A stretch of 64,000 nucleotides of DNA from Stegostoma tigrinum (Eukaryota), in assembly GCF_030684315.1 (NCBI RefSeq), contig NC_081378.1:45922307-45986306 (forward strand), written 5' to 3'. The translations under genes and the position numbers were made by a program. Positions within the stretch are counted from its first letter, which is position 1, and every line of letters starts with the position of its first letter. Of this stretch, positions 37,906 through 52,483 are shown piece after piece. The notes beneath the pieces were generated by a model that did not search any database, had not been told where the DNA came from, and was given only the letters and a program-made list of their open reading frames with translations.

Positions 37906-40014
37906 GTGCCCAAATTTCCCTTAGTGGACCAAATTATGTCTGTGACAAATGGTGATAGTTTCAGTCACTATTACTGAGGTTAGCTTTCAATTCCAGATTT
38001 TTTTTTGTGGTTAATTTATTGAATTCAAGTTCTGCTGGATTTGAACCTCTGTCCTTACATCATCAGCCTGGGTTGCTGAAATATCAGGACCATACCCAGA
38101 GAAAGGCAAAGAAGTAGCTTTAAATGGAGCCAAAAATATTGCTGTATGACAAAGCGCATATTATGCAAAGTGAACTTGGTGAATTAAAAGCCATTTGTCA
38201 CAAGAAGATTTTGGTTCAATGGCACAAACAGAAATTTGACAACAAACTGGAAAGTAAGTATATCAGGACTATAATACTTTTACAATGGATAGAATAAATA
38301 CATAAGGAGGAAGAACAGCAAATGTTATTAAAAGTGCTCAAAATCAATTCAAATAAAGTCACTTATTAGAGAGCAAAAATAAATTATTTTAATAGTGGGG
38401 TTTTACTACAGTTTTCACAAGGGAGGAAAAATAAATTAGATAACAGATACTGTTCTTAGGGCTTTGGGTTGCGAACTTATTGATTGGAAAAAGAATAAAT
38501 AGAAAACGTGGAATGGAATTCCTGTAACATGCACAAGATTCTTTCTTCAAGCAGATTGTTTAATGGTAGGGTATTTGTCTAATTACACATAAACAAGATG
38601 CAGTAGATGAATTACACGACGGCAAAGCCTCAGGGCTAATGATCACAATATGGTACAGATTGATGTCTAACTAAAAAGGGGAAAGGTTAGCATGAAAACA
38701 AGGGACCTACAGTACAGTAGAACAGATCATACAGGTATGAAAATAGACCATTTGAAATTAGATGAAAAGAGAAATGATTGTACAGATTTGCAATTTTTGT
38801 GAAGGAACTGAGATGCCTGCACGTTACTTAAGCAACAGGACTACTTCAAGTCTTCAAAATGCTATGAATAAATTTTAAAAATTGCAATTATAATTTAAGA
38901 GAGCACAAGGGGCTTGTAAATTCCATAAAAGCATGCAAAGAAATTGATAGTGAAATAGGGTTTTTGCAAGGTAAAGAACCTCACAAGTATGAAATGAAGT
39001 TAAACTTCAACTGGATACCAATCTATTCAATAACTGTCAGATGTGCTGATCAAATGAAGGACTATTTTATTTAAAGTATTGTTTTTAAAACATTTACAAC
39101 AAATAAATATTAATAGTTTAAACTAAGTGAGTGAAGGTATAATGTCAGATATATATTATTTTCAAGTACTTTTGTTATTCATAGTGATTTTAATTGCTGA
39201 ACTAACTTTTCTGATGCATTTATCAATTGTCCACATTCTGTTTATTTATGTGCGTAGAATGACAAAAGATGCAGAAGATTTGAATGTTCTTTCACTGAAG
39301 TTATGCATTCTAGATTATTTGTTTGTATTTGCCAATGTAAACTGTCAGACTCTAAGCACATCACTACAGTTATCCTTTAGGGATCTGCAAAGGTCAACCC
39401 TAATTGTATTAGCGTCAGAAAAGTACATTTCTGTCAAAACATGAATTGACTGTATAGTTTTCTAAAGCAGCACCAACTACCTTGCAAAGTTACACGGGTA
39501 CCTCTTTGTCTGTTATTTAAGGTTATACAGTGAATGTGTTCATCAAGTGAATGGGCTCATTCACAAGGATCAAAGTTTCAAGCAGACTGAAGTACTTCAC
39601 ACGTAGAAAGATTGTTAAATATTCTTTAGTATTGCTTTCAACAAAATGTTGGCTAATAATGGCAGAAGTATGAAGTATATATTTTATTCAACTTTACCAG
39701 TGGCATTCACTACTCATAAAGTGATGAATAATTCAACCACATTTGAATAATTACCTGCCACAGCCTGGCTGTCTGTGCCATTCTAGGGAAAAAAATTCTT
39801 TTGATGTTACAGCCAATAAGGTATTGTACTTTCAAATACCGCCATTGCTAGCAAGTATTATTCTAATTTGGATAGTCCATCGTTACCAATCCTCCTTTCT
39901 CTATGCGAAGACCAGGAACTGACTAATTGTAGATGTAGGAGCCACTACCCTTACATAACAAGGATGTTTATTGTATGATAGCATGCCAGGCATAATTAGT
40001 AAAGAGGGGGAGGG

Positions 40015-40212
40015 GGGAGTTGGTTAGTTCAGTTGGCTGGATGGCTGGTTTGTGCTGAAGAGTAATGCTGACAGCGTGGGTGCAATTCTCACACCGCTGA
40101 GGTTGCTATGAAGGACTGTCGTTCTCAACCTTATCCCTCTCCTGAGCTGTTGTGAATCTGCAGTTGAGCCACCACCATTCTCTCTAATGAGCAAGCAGTC
40201 CTATGGTCCTCC
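40015..40212 (+). mobile_element. tRNA-derived SINE, third family; a minus-strand copy lies at ~37025-37200
   Basis: A-box-like tagttcagttgg head; shared accaccac...ctctctaatga...gcag.cctatggtc tail in both copies. Confidence 0.55.
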
Positions 40213-40369
40213 TTTATAATTACTAAGGACTGTGAGAAGCTGTGCAGCATGTATTTGCACCTTTCAGGTACTCTAAGAAGTCAACTGTCTTACCATGTAT
40301 CTTTACCAGTTTGGCTGGATGTTACATAAGCATTAGTTCCAACAGAAATATTACCTTATACGACATAAA

Positions 40370-40603
40370 ATCATAGAGTCATAATGCACGGAAGCACAGC
40401 ATGGAAACAAACCTTTCAGTCTGACTTGTCCATGCTAACCAGATATCTTAAATTAATCTAGTCCCATTTGCCAGCATTTGGCCCAGATCCCTCTTAAACC
40501 CTTCCTATTCATATACCCATCCAGATGCCGTTTGAATGCTGTAATCGTACCAACCTCCACCACTTCTTCTGGCAGCTCATTCCATACGTGCACCACCCTC
40601 CAT
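40370..40603 (-). mobile_element. CR1 3' end fragment
   Basis: RVVHVWNELPEEVVEVGTITAFKRHLDGYM. Confidence 0.8.
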
Positions 40604-40895
40604 GCACAGGAATTCCTAGAAACTTGGTTTTCAATCCTTAAATGCAATCACCAAATGTGTAATTAGACCCCATACACAAATGCATGCAGATCAGAGCCAG
40701 AAATGACACAACCCAACTTAACAAATCAGATCATATACACCTCAGGCAGAGTGGAACAACATCGCTTCATCAGAGGCTGTATGATGATGTTACCGAGCAT
40801 GGTGATGAAACATCTGTACAATAACCAGTCAGCTCGGCAAGCAAGCCAACAACCTCATCCACAACTGGAGCTCCAAATCTTCACAAGAACCTCAA
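40604..40895 (+). mobile_element. Penelope-like element 3' end with a decayed hammerhead motif
   Basis: QEFLETWFS...DPI resembles a GIY-YIG ORF C-terminus, followed by aTGATGAtgttacc-gagcat-ggtgatGAAACATC. Confidence 0.55.
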
Positions 40896-41277
40896 AGCAG
40901 ATATAGATGGTGGTGTGTTTCCTGTAAATGTTAAAAAATCTGTACAAGTCTGGCATTTTTGACAGAATTAGAGGTAATATCAGTTGTCCATTATATAGAA
41001 ATCCATTGGATATACAATACAAAAACAGGTTCTTTATCCCGACCAGTCCAAGTACATTTTTTTCCTTCATGAGCAATACTAATCCCATATTTTACTCATT
41101 GTTTCTTTACCCACTTCCATCTATTTAACATGTTTTTGAAAAGTGGTATGTTCTCCCATTGTTAATTCTTGTATGGGATTCTAAAAGTTCATAAATCTGT
41201 GCATGACAAGACTATTTACCAAAACACCCCCCCCAACCCCCACCCCTGGCTGCCTCCTCTGTCATGGGAAATTTTTA

Positions 41278-41645
41278 ATGCGATTTGATTTATTGTTGTC
41301 ACATGTACTTAGGTACAGTGAAAAGTTTTGTTTTATGTCCAGTACAGGCAGATCATATCACACAATGATTATTGAGTGGTGGAACAGAGTGAGGAATACA
41401 AAGTTTTAGCTGCAGAGAAGGTGCACAAAATCAAGATCAACAATAGATTTGAAATTTTAGAGGTCCATTCAGAAGTCTTAATAGCAGCAGGGGAGAAGCT
41501 ATTCCTGAACCTGTTGGTACATGTGTTTAAGCTTTTATATTTTCTGCCTGCTAAAAGAGGTTGGAAGAGAAAATGACTGGGGTAGGAGTGATAGTTGATG
41601 TTAGCTGCCTTTCTGAGGCAGCAAGAAGTATATAGCACTGTCCCA
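41278..41645 (-). mobile_element. Rex1/Babar-like LINE 3' fragment
   Basis: HPSH-like...FQPL.AGRKYKSL...TNRFRNSF.P.AI; matches 8190-8560. Confidence 0.7.
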
Positions 41646-42301
41646 TCAAAACCGCTCATACTTCTCCAACTATAGTTTTCATAAGGTTCTGTATTGGGAA
41701 CATCATGAATTTATTTTTCTTACATCCTATGCCTTGTGTAATTTGAAACAATGTAATATTTATGTTTCATGGTCTTTATCAATTAAAAGAGCTACCTTTC
41801 AAGTCCACTGTGGTCATTGCCATCATCCTGGCACAGTATTTTGGTTTCTTCGACATCATTGGAGTGTGCCTAAAACCAGATATCCGTGCCCACTCTGCCA
41901 TCAGGGCCATTTTCAGTGCCATTGACGACATTGTTATACGCCCAAGTGATCCTTAATCACTACCCAATCATCACTCTGCTTTCTGCATGGTTCTTTCCTC
42001 CCATTTGCTTCTTTGCTGTTTTGTGAACCTAAACATCACATCTCTTTGTTCTTCCACCTCATTGAGCTTTCCCCTTATGCAAAGTATAATAATTTCCTCT
42101 AACTACCACCTAATAGTTACTGTCAATGACTTTTATTTGGAACATTTTCACCCATGTGAAATGTCCTTGCAACTTTTATTTACAAAATGTTTTACGATGT
42201 CTTCTACTGAATATAATCTGGAAATCTGACACCAACTCCTTACAGTCCGAATCATTTCCGCCCAATTCTGGTAAACTTCCAATAACTTATAAATAAATAA
42301 G

Positions 42302-42580
42302 GGGTAGGCCATTTAGAATAGAGTTGAGGAAAAACTTCTTCACCCAGAGAGTGGTGGATATATGGAATGCTCTGCCCCAGAAGGCAGTGGAGGCCAACTC
42401 TCTGGATACTTTCAAGAAAGAAATGGATAGAGCTCTTAAAGATAGTGGAATCAAGGGTTATGGGGATAAGGCAGAAACAGGATACTGATTGTGGATGATC
42501 ATCCATGATCATAACGAATGGTGGTGCTGGCTCGAAGGGCCGAACAGCCTAATCCTGCACCTTTTGTCTATTGTCTATTA
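42302..42580 (+). mobile_element. Young CR1 3' end
   Basis: RGRPFRIELRKNFFTQRVVDIWNALPQKAVEA...; tail gtctattgtctatt. Confidence 0.8.
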
Positions 42581-42749
42581 TACTCTCTATTTCACTACTT
42601 CTGGCCATTTTAATCCAATTTTATATACCCTTGGTTTTCTTCCTGCGTGATTCTTAGTTGAAGTATTTCTGAAGTCCATTGTTGGGATTTTTCTGGATAC
42701 TGATAAATTTTAAGATGCTATAAATTTCCCAGCAACTGACTGAAGTTAG

Positions 42750-43110
42750 GGGAGGTGATGGCCTTGTGGTTTTATTGCTGGACTGTTAACCCAGAGACCT
42801 AGACAACGTTCTGGGGGCACGGGTTCAAATCCTGTCATGGCAGATGGTGGAATTTGAATTCAATAAAATATCTGGAATTAAGAATCTAATGATGACCATG
42901 AATCCATTGTGAATTGTCAGGAAAAACCCATCTGGTTCATTAATGTCTTTTAGGGAAGGAAACTGTCATCCTTACCCAGTCTGGCCTACATGTGACTCCA
43001 GACCCACAGCAAAATGGTGGACTCTGAACTTCCCTCTGGGAAATTAGGAATGGGCAATAAATGGTGCCTAGCCAGTTACGCCTTCATCTTGTTAATGAAT
43101 TTTTTTTAAA
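42750..43110 (+). mobile_element. tRNA-derived SINE with a LINE-like 3' tail
   Basis: tggccttgtgg A-box and ggttcaaatcc B-box; tail resembles 8700-8736. Confidence 0.78.
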
Positions 43111-43821
43111 AATCTTGGGTCAAAATTTTACATGTTTTAAGATGTTTTCAGTAACAAATAAGCTTACAACATTGACCAGACAATACCCAGTGAGCAATGA
43201 ATGCAACAAACTACTAAAAAGGTTCTTTTCCCATTAACCAATTAAAAGAACCAAAAAAAATCTATAGGTAGCTTCCCAACAAAATATTCTCTTCTGATTT
43301 TAGGGAGTTCACGATCACAGTTAATTGCTGTGGATAGTTGTTGACTGTATTATCTAATAGTTTTTTGAGTTTATTAAGAAGTAGCACTTTAGATATGATA
43401 CATTATTTGCTTAGGCAAAGTGTACAACTGTGACAATTGAGGATAGCTCACCGACTCCAGAGGACAAACATGCAGTCGGTACGTAGTGTTTTGGTCTTGA
43501 TAAGTGGTGGGGCGCAGCATCCTGCTCCCTAGGTGAAGTGTTAGAGACCTCTTCCCTCAGCCTTTCTTCACTTCTTCTCGTCCTTCCTCTACCTGCCTGG
43601 TGTAGACAGCTCATTGAAGACTGTGGTCTGAGGATTGCCCCCAATGAGGAATGCATAAAAAAGTCTGCTTGTTGAGAAGTCCCCAAAAAAAGAATTTGCC
43701 TTTTTCCCTGACTACTTATTGTTGTAACATATTTCCAGGGACATGATATTTCCTCCATATCAATTAATTTCCTGAACTCTGTTGGCCAATGTCCATGGGA
43801 CAACTATACTTGATGTCAGAT

Positions 43822-44658
43822 AACAAAGTGTGGAGCTGGATGAACACAGCAGGCCAAGCAGCATCTCAGGAGCACAAAAGCTGACATTTTGGGCCTAGAC
43901 CCTTCATCAGAAAAGGGGGAGGGGGAGAGGTCTCTGAAATAAATAGGGAGGGGGAGGTGGATCGAAGGTGGATAGAGGAGAAGATAGGAGGAGAGGAGAC
44001 AGATGAGTTAAAGGGGCGAGGATGGAGCCAGTACAGATGAGTGAAGGTGGAGAGGTAGGGAGGGGATAGGTCAGTCCGGGGAGGACAGACAGGTTAAGGG
44101 GGCGGGATGAGGTTAGTAGGTAGGAAATGGAGGTGTGGCTTGAAGTGGGAGGTGGGGATAGGTGAGAGCTATCCCCTCCTCCCACCTCAAGCCTCACTCT
44201 CACCTATTCCCTCCTCCCACCTCAAGCCACACTCTCACCTATTCCCTCCTCCCACCTCAAGCCGCACTCTCACCTATTCCCTCCTACCACCTAAAGCTGC
44301 ACCTCCATTTCCTACCTACTAACCTCATTCCACCCCTTTGACCAGTCCATCCTCCCCGGACTGACCTATCCCCTCCCTACCTCCCCACCTACACTCACCT
44401 CTACTGGCTCCATCCCCGCCCCTTTAACTTGTCTGTCTCCTCTCCACTTATCTTCTCCTCTGTCCATCTTCAATCCACCTCCCCCGTCCTTATTTATTTC
44501 AGAACCCTCTCCCACTTCCCCTTTTCTGATGAAGGGTCTAGTCCAGAAACGTCAGCCTTTGTGCTCCTGAGATGCTGCTGGGCCTGCTGTGTTCATCCAG
44601 CTCCACACTTTGTTATCTTGGATTCTCCAGCATCTGCAGTTCCCATTGTCTCTGATAC
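43822..44658. mobile_element. Long inverted-repeat Penelope-derived family A insert
   Basis: Arms of ~340 bp, purine-rich then pyrimidine-rich; internal 35-bp repeat x3; ACTTGATG(T/C)CAGAT at 43808 and 44659. Confidence 0.8.
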
Positions 44659-46685
44659 ACTTGATGCCAGATGACCATTGTCTCCTTGCCTACTTCCATT
44701 TGAAGATTAGTTTTCATTCCTTCTAAGAAAACAAAAATTATTCATTTTGAAACCATCACACCAATAATCCCTGCATTCATTCTCCAGAATTATTTTGAAC
44801 AAGCTTTCTTTGTGAACAATTCTTTGTGACTATTTGCTCTTTAAGTCTTTGCAAGTCTTATCTTTTCCAAGGGAAGCTCTTCCAAAAGTTAAAAGTGCTG
44901 GTGTCTTCTTCAGAGTATGTACAACTTGAGAACTTAACTTTGTTCTCCAAGGTTTTGGAGTAGATCTGTAGCTTGGGTTGTGGGTGTTGTGAGAACTTTG
45001 TTCATCACACTACAGGTATTGTCAGACTGATAAGTGTCTCCAACATTTTCTGTTTTTATTTCAAATTTTAAGTGTTATTGCTTTTATTTAAGGGGTGCCA
45101 TTCTCACTAGTATTCTGTCTGGTAGTTAACACAAAAACAATCTTTCCTTCTGCTTGCTGCAGCTCTGTTCAACCTTCCTCAATAGGTCTATCTGTCTAAG
45201 TGTCTCTATCCCAAAGCCTTCTAAATCATGTATCTTTTGCAGTTGAGAAATGAGAAAACACACTTATAAATGCAGCTTCTGTACTGCCTGCCTTGCTCCT
45301 CAATCAGAATTTGAAGTGACATGACTTGGTTCAAGAGGTTCCAGGAATGAGACTCTGCCAACACCCTCAAACTCCCGGAAGAATTTTCAACCCAGACAGC
45401 TACATCCCCATTGATTTAACCTCAGATGATTAATACAAGAAAATGATTTGGAAAATGCCAACCTGTTGTCCAAGTAGTTCATTAAGCTGAGATGACAAAG
45501 AGGGAAAAACTGAATCAATGTAAGACTTGGAACAACTAATTATATCTGTCTTCATTTTCAATTCCAATGGTTACTCACATCAAACACGAATACATACTCT
45601 GTCCAAAACCCTGTCCTCTTGCTTACCGGCAATCAACTTAACCCTTTTAAGCAGTGGCTTTGCTGTTTGATCAGTGATTTCATTTTGACTATCTGTTCAT
45701 ATGGCCCACTTGATAATGATTCTCAAATACATTTCTTAGGGAGAATGAATGGATCATTTGAAAATACGAGTAATACCAATCAGTGCACTGCAGAATTAAT
45801 TATTACAATCTGAAATCAAGTCCCATTTTTGAAAATTTTGATTCTTGAACGTGACAACGCAATGAAAAAAGGTTAAAACATGTTTGAAAACAATACCATT
45901 ACTGTAGTATAAAAACAGAAAAACAGCAGGTTTGGAGATGATGAAGAGAGAGAAACAAAGTTAATATTTTGAGTCCTGTGACTATTCTTCAGTTCTGAGG
46001 TTTAATAGCTGGTTTGCAACAGATCCAAAACAAAATCCACCATTGCACCCTAGACTAAAATCAAACAAACTTTCTCTCAATGCTGCCTCTGAATAGGTTC
46101 ATAGTTTAAGTTCAGTGGAGTCAAAGCTAATCATTAAAGCATTATCATTGTAACATGCAAACAGTAGCATGTAATAGCAGCACATAAAAAGAATAGAGCA
46201 ATGATTGTGGATGACCTTAATCTTCATGTTGATTGGTTTAATCAAACTGGAAATGGTGGAAATGACAACAAATTCAAAGAGTGCATTAGCAATAGCTTCC
46301 CAGAGCATTATGTCATGGAACCAACCAGGCAGCAAGCTATTTTGGATCTGGTAATTGGGGCTTGTGAGGTTAGTAAATGAGGTTGGTGTAATAAATGGTC
46401 TCTGAGTATAATATTCCTGAGGAAGTAGTAATCATAACATGGTAGAATTTAATATTCAGTTTGAGAATGAAAAATTTGGGTCAGAAACAACTGCTTAACT
46501 TAAATAAAGGGACTCACAATGAAATGAGGATAGAGTTAGCTAAAGTGAACTGGGTGGATAGATTAGAAGGAATGACAGTAAGCAAGCAATGGCAGACATT
46601 TAAGATGGTAATTCATGATTCTTAGCAAAATTACATCCCAGTAAGGAGGAAAGAATTTAAGTGAGGAATAAACTAACTATGGCGA

Positions 46686-47691
46686 TGATTATAAAGTGGA
46701 GGTTGACTCCTCCCCCCCAGAACGAAAACCAAAACACCCAAATAGGCGCACCTTGACCTTAAATCTGTTAAAAAGGAGTGTGAAAAGAAGTGTAATCTGT
46801 TTTTCAGCAACTTCTAATGTTCAAATAAACTAATTCTCTGACACTCACTTCAAAATCAACAAGTAGCAATTTATTTATCTAACTCTGACAGTGAATAAAT
46901 TCACTAAACTATTAACAAATGGAGCAAACCCCTTCAAACAATTAACTATTCCCAAATAAAACAAGATTCCAATGGTATGCTGTTCCAATAAATACAATTC
47001 CCACTTATATGAAATTTTAAAAATACGTAGAATTTGGTTTCTCAAAATTATGGCCAGGTTACAAGTCTTCCAAAATGTTCTGTGCCTTCTCTGTTGAATG
47101 GTCTGTCAGGAATACCTTCTCTGTCAATTATTCTGTAAGGAATATTAACTAGTTGTGCTGTAGGTACCTTTGATTTAGATGCTGCTTTCTCTAAGACTTA
47201 GAGGAGACCGTCAGAGCCAGCAGTTCTGTCTTGAGAACTGAGAGCTGTTAACTCTGGCAGATGGCAATTAGTTCTCATTCTTTGTGCAGTTGCCTTCTTC
47301 TTATATATCCTTGATGACATACAATTTCTTACAGTAGAATTGGTCCTTTGTTGTCAAAACCATCAGATTTAAATTTAATTGGTTTTTGGTATCTAAGTGC
47401 CTGGTTCAAATTGATTGGCTAAATTCAAAACTTGTCTTGATAACAAAACAAAACCACTGCTTGGCCTGCAAAGTGTATGACCTTTTAACACAGATGTTTC
47501 AATTCAGGTGCTCTCTGTGTTCTTGCAAACTTTCAACTTGCTCACAGACGTCCATTTAAAATCTCTAATCATGGAAAAAGTACATCGTCTTTTAAAGGGA
47601 CCACATACTGCTTTCCCCCCTAACATTTTGCAAACACCAAATGCTAATTCCTGCCTCCCAATCCACAAGTATTCTACACAACTTCGCAACA
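46686..47691 (-). repeat. 3' LTR
   Basis: Starts TGTTGCG on the minus strand right after a T-run and the purine tract AAGGGGTAGG (47692-47701). Confidence 0.85.
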
Positions 47692-50600
47692 CCTACCCCT
47701 TAAGAAAAAAAATTAACCATCGTTATGAAAAGATACCTTCATCTTCTTTTTCTTTTAAAGCCTTAACTCCATTACATCACTACAGTCATATCTCATTCAT
47801 CTAGATTTACACATTTCATACTAATTCTACACATAGACAACATTGAACACTACCATTTCTATCTTATAGAAACATCTTTCTTTTAAACCAACAATAAAGT
47901 ATCTGAAATATTTTCACAAGCCGCAACGTGTAAAATTTGTAAATGCTTGTAACATCAGAGTCCAATTAAACAGTTTCGTGTTCTTGTCCTTAAATCTTTC
48001 CAGAAATGTCAATGGTTTATGATCCATATACACAACCATCTCTGATGCATTGTTAGCAGCATAAATATTAAGCTGTTGTACGGCCATTACCAAACTCAAT
48101 AACTCTTGTTCAATGATTGAATTTCTTTGTTCTGGTGGATATTGTCTTTTTTGAGAAGCAACTAATTGGCCTTTCAATTCCACAATCACCCTCCTGTAAC
48201 ATCATAACTCCAACACCCACATCACTTGCATCAATGGCGACTTTGAAGGGCTTCAAAAAATTTGGCTCAGCTAAAACTGTTGCAGTGATTAACACTGCTT
48301 TTAAATTCTCAAATACCTCCTGGCGTTGTTCTGTCCACTGACATTTTGTTTTCATTTTTAACAAATCTGTCAACAGTACCATGGTACAAATTTCCTGCAG
48401 AATCCACTCAGTCCTAAAAATCAAAGTGCTTTCTTGTTTGAGAATGGTCTTAGAAATTACTTGATGGCCCTTGTCTTCACGTTTCTCTGTGACATCCATC
48501 CGTATCCAATGTTGTGCCCTAAGAATGTCACTTCCACCTTCGCAAATTCTGTTTTTGCCAAAGAGCATGGCCAAATTCTCCACGTAATCTTTCTGCAAAT
48601 GACTAAAAGATCACTAAAACATCTATGTATTCAGCACAATTAGTCAATCCTGCAAGAACACTTTTCATAAGTCTTTGAAAACTGGCTGGTGTGTTTTTCA
48701 TTCCAAAGTGTATTACCTTAAATTAACACAGCCATTTGGGGTAACAAAAGACAAAACTTTTTTTGGTCTCTCTGACAAAGGTACTTGTCAGTAACCATGA
48801 AGTAAGTCCATCATTGTGATGTAAGTGGCTTGTTCTGCCTTGTCCACACAGTCTTCCAGCCTTGGAATTGGGTATGAGTCAGATTTGATCAGGGTGTTGA
48901 CCTTCCAATAGTCAGAATCATTGAGTACTATCAGGTTTGGGAACCAATGATTGACAAACTCCATTTGCTTTGACTCGGCTTTTTGACGTTTTCTTAGAGT
49001 ATCGCTTGTAATTCCTTAAGAACCTGCACTGTTTTGATAGGATTAAGCCTGTCACAGTGTTGTTTATCAGAACAGCATTCACTACTATACGTGTATTATT
49101 GTGTTAGTCCTCCCCATTCTATTTCTACATATGTCCTCATAGCACTACAATGAGTGTTTCAGTTCAGCTTTCTGTTCTAGGGACAGATAGCTCACTACCC
49201 TATCCCATTCCTTAAGGACTTCCTCATTATTCAATTTATTCTGAGGCACAACAAAATCCAAATCATCTGGATTTTATTCCTCACTCTGAGTAGCAGTAAC
49301 TAATATTTGTTTTTGCGGTTCCCTTTCCCTATCATAGTAAGGTTTCAGCATGTTCAAATAACATACCTGATAGATTTTTATCCTATCTGGCATCTTTACC
49401 AGATAATTCATCTGTCTTAACTTCTTCTCATTCTGATAGGATACACTAAACCTTGCTTTGGAGGAATCTCCTACCAGTGGTAATAGCACCAATACATTAT
49501 CCCCATGGGCAAATTTATGAATTTTAGATTTCTTATCTGCTTCTTGCTTCATTATTTGTTGTACCCTGTTCAAATGTTGCGTAGCCAATTCACCTACTCT
49601 GTTTAATCTCTCTCTCACCTCAGATACATAATTCAACTATGAGATCTTGGACTTCGGACCTATCAACTTTTCCTTAATTATTTTTAAAGGCCATCTCTTA
49701 CTTCTTGTCTAAAGATCAATTCAAATGGAGGAAACTGATTTGATTCATTTGGAGCATCTCTAACAGCAAGGAATATAAATGGGATACCTTTATCCCAATC
49801 ATTTGGTAGTCCTGGCAATAAGCCCTCACCACTGTCTTTCGGGCCTGATGCCATCTGTTTAATGCTCCTGGGATTCAGAATCGCAAGCATTTGATTTAAA
49901 GTGTTGGATTTAGGAGGAAACGTACACAATCAATTATAACCCACATGAAAGGTTCTTCGAATGCAGAAATCGGCATCAAAGGTGCTGGTTTTGTTACTGC
50001 CTGTGGCTTTCCTACCATCTGACACGTATTGCAGGTATGGCAAAATTCAACCACATCTTTCTGTAATCCAGGCCAAGAGAAATGCTTTTCTATCTTAGCC
50101 TGAATCTCGCTCAATCCTGAATGATCTCCTGCAGTTAATTCATGTGCTACCCACAATATTTCCTGTCTGTGTGCTATTGGCAACACAACTGCCCATTTCT
50201 CATCTGCACTAACCTACCAAGTTCTCCATTTTTGCCATAAGATTTTATCTTTTGAGTAATAGCATTCTGGAATACATTCTGATTCCTTTACCATGTAGGC
50301 TTTATGATATAACTCTTTTATTGATGCATTTTTGTGTTGTAACTCCACTAATCTTTCATAACTAAACATCTTTGCCTGATCCTCTACCAGCCTAGGTATT
50401 TTCATACCATCTCATTAAACAGGATGTCAGGTAATGGACCTCAACTGCTTCATCTTTCTCTTTTGTTTTCCCTTCTTGTTCTAACTTCTGTCTGTGATAT
50501 CTTGTCATCACACAGTCCAGAAAACTTCCAGGATATTTTTCTTTTAATTCCTCAGCTCCCTGGTTTTCTTTTGGCTTTTCAACTGAAATGGGCATCACTC

Positions 50601-52483
50601 CCATCTGTGATCCAGTGATATTGTTTCCAAGGACAAATTGCATTCCTGGAAGAGCCAATTTTTCTATCACTTCTGCTATTACATTCCCAGTCTTGATTGG
50701 ACTTCCTAGCCTTATCTTACACAGAGCAACACTAATCAGATTATCACTCTCTCAGGCGATATTTCAGAAAGAGTGCAAATATTTTCATATTTACAGACTG
50801 ACCATCTCCCATACCTTACAATATGTTAACTTCATTACCTACTCCCCTGCTCTTCCTGAGTAAACCTTATCGATACAGGTGAAGTCTTTGAAAAGACCAG
50901 GCACGATGTTACTTTCCAGCCCATGACTAGGCTGTGTACCCTCCTGTAGCTCCTCAACTTCTCCCGGGATTTCTTTCACTACCACAACTAATCTCACTGG
51001 TTCAGCCTTTTTTACCATATCATTTTTCCCAGTGTTTTTCTTAAACTACCAGCACTGTGACTTTGTGTGTCCCATCTCATCGCAGCAAAACCACCTGAGA
51101 TCTGTCACCTCTTTTCTACCATGTTGGGTTTCTTTTTCATCCATGATAAACTGTTCCCAGGGTAATCTACTTGTTTTTTTTTTCATTGAAGGGCCTCCTT
51201 CTTTCCCAATTTCCATTCTTACATGGAATGAAATTGCTGTCGGAAGCTAGATTTCCAGTTATGCATATTCGTCCATCACTTCTGCAGCACCTCACACCGT
51301 TTAACTTTGTGTTCCTCAACACGAGTTCTTATCACTTCTGGAAGTGGGTCTTTAAACTCCTCCGGCAGAATAGTACCTCTAAAATCCTCATATGTCTTCA
51401 TAATTTTTAATGTTCTCATCCATCTATTGAAGTTTCTCTATTTAATTCTTTCAAACTCAATGTAAGTCTGACCTGGTTCCTTTCTTGTATTTCTGAACCA
51501 TTGTCAAAATGGGACCAATTCATAGACACTTAGGATATCCTATTTTATATCTTCATATTTTCCTGACACCTCCTCTGGCAGTGCTAAAACACTTCGCAAT
51601 GCCTGCCTACTAACTGGCTCTGAATTGACATTATCCACAGACTCTGGCCATTTCATCTGTTTAGAAATGAAAAAGGCTTCTCCATCTTTTCCATCACCAA
51701 ATTTTGATAACATTTTGATGTATTTGTATACATCCCTACCAGGCCTTAAGTTACAGTGGATTTGCTCACCATCACTCTCCTGCTCACTAAGTCTACCTTC
51801 TACCTTCATCTCCTTTTAAATTAACTTGCCTAACTAATTGTCAATTTCTGAAGTTCAAACTCTCTCTTTTTCTTTTTTACGTTCAAGCTGCTTCATCTTT
51901 TCCAACTCAAGCATTCTTTCCTTTTCTGTTTGCTCTGCTTTAAACTGCAATTCAAGCTGTTTCAGTTTCCTTTCTTTCCCTTCAGCTAGGGCTGTTCTTT
52001 CCCTTTCTTTCTTTTCTAACTCCAGCTGTCTTATTTGCAGTTTAATGTTTTCTAAGCCGTGTGCTCTTGACTGTTTATCTGATCAACCGAAATGCTTAGC
52101 TAAGTCTGTTACAATTTTAAATTTCTTGTTATCGCTAGTTAAATCCAATTCTTCCCTGTCTGCTAATTCTAAAAGTGTCTCCTTTTACTGACTTTCCAAA
52201 CTTTCCTTTTTCCAAACTTCCTTGGCAAATTTGGGAAGCATTTTTGACCCCAGAACCTCTTTAGCCATTTCCCCACTTTTAACCAACAGTGAGCAACTGA
52301 AATTAATCGGATTTTCCACTTCTCACTCACGTTTTATTTAAAGATCTAGGACACTAATCACCAAATCTGATGAAATCTACTAGGACCTTTCATACCCTAA
52401 ATCTGTTCAAATATATTAGGATCTGTACTAATCCATTCAGGCCTGTTCAAATCCTTTCAAATCCCAGACACGAGCCCCTTATC

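Noticed and set aside
27700-46100. Additional protein-coding gene between GOLT1B and SPX
   Set aside because: No recognisable exons or chain of splice-compatible ORFs; small exons or lncRNAs cannot be excluded by eye.
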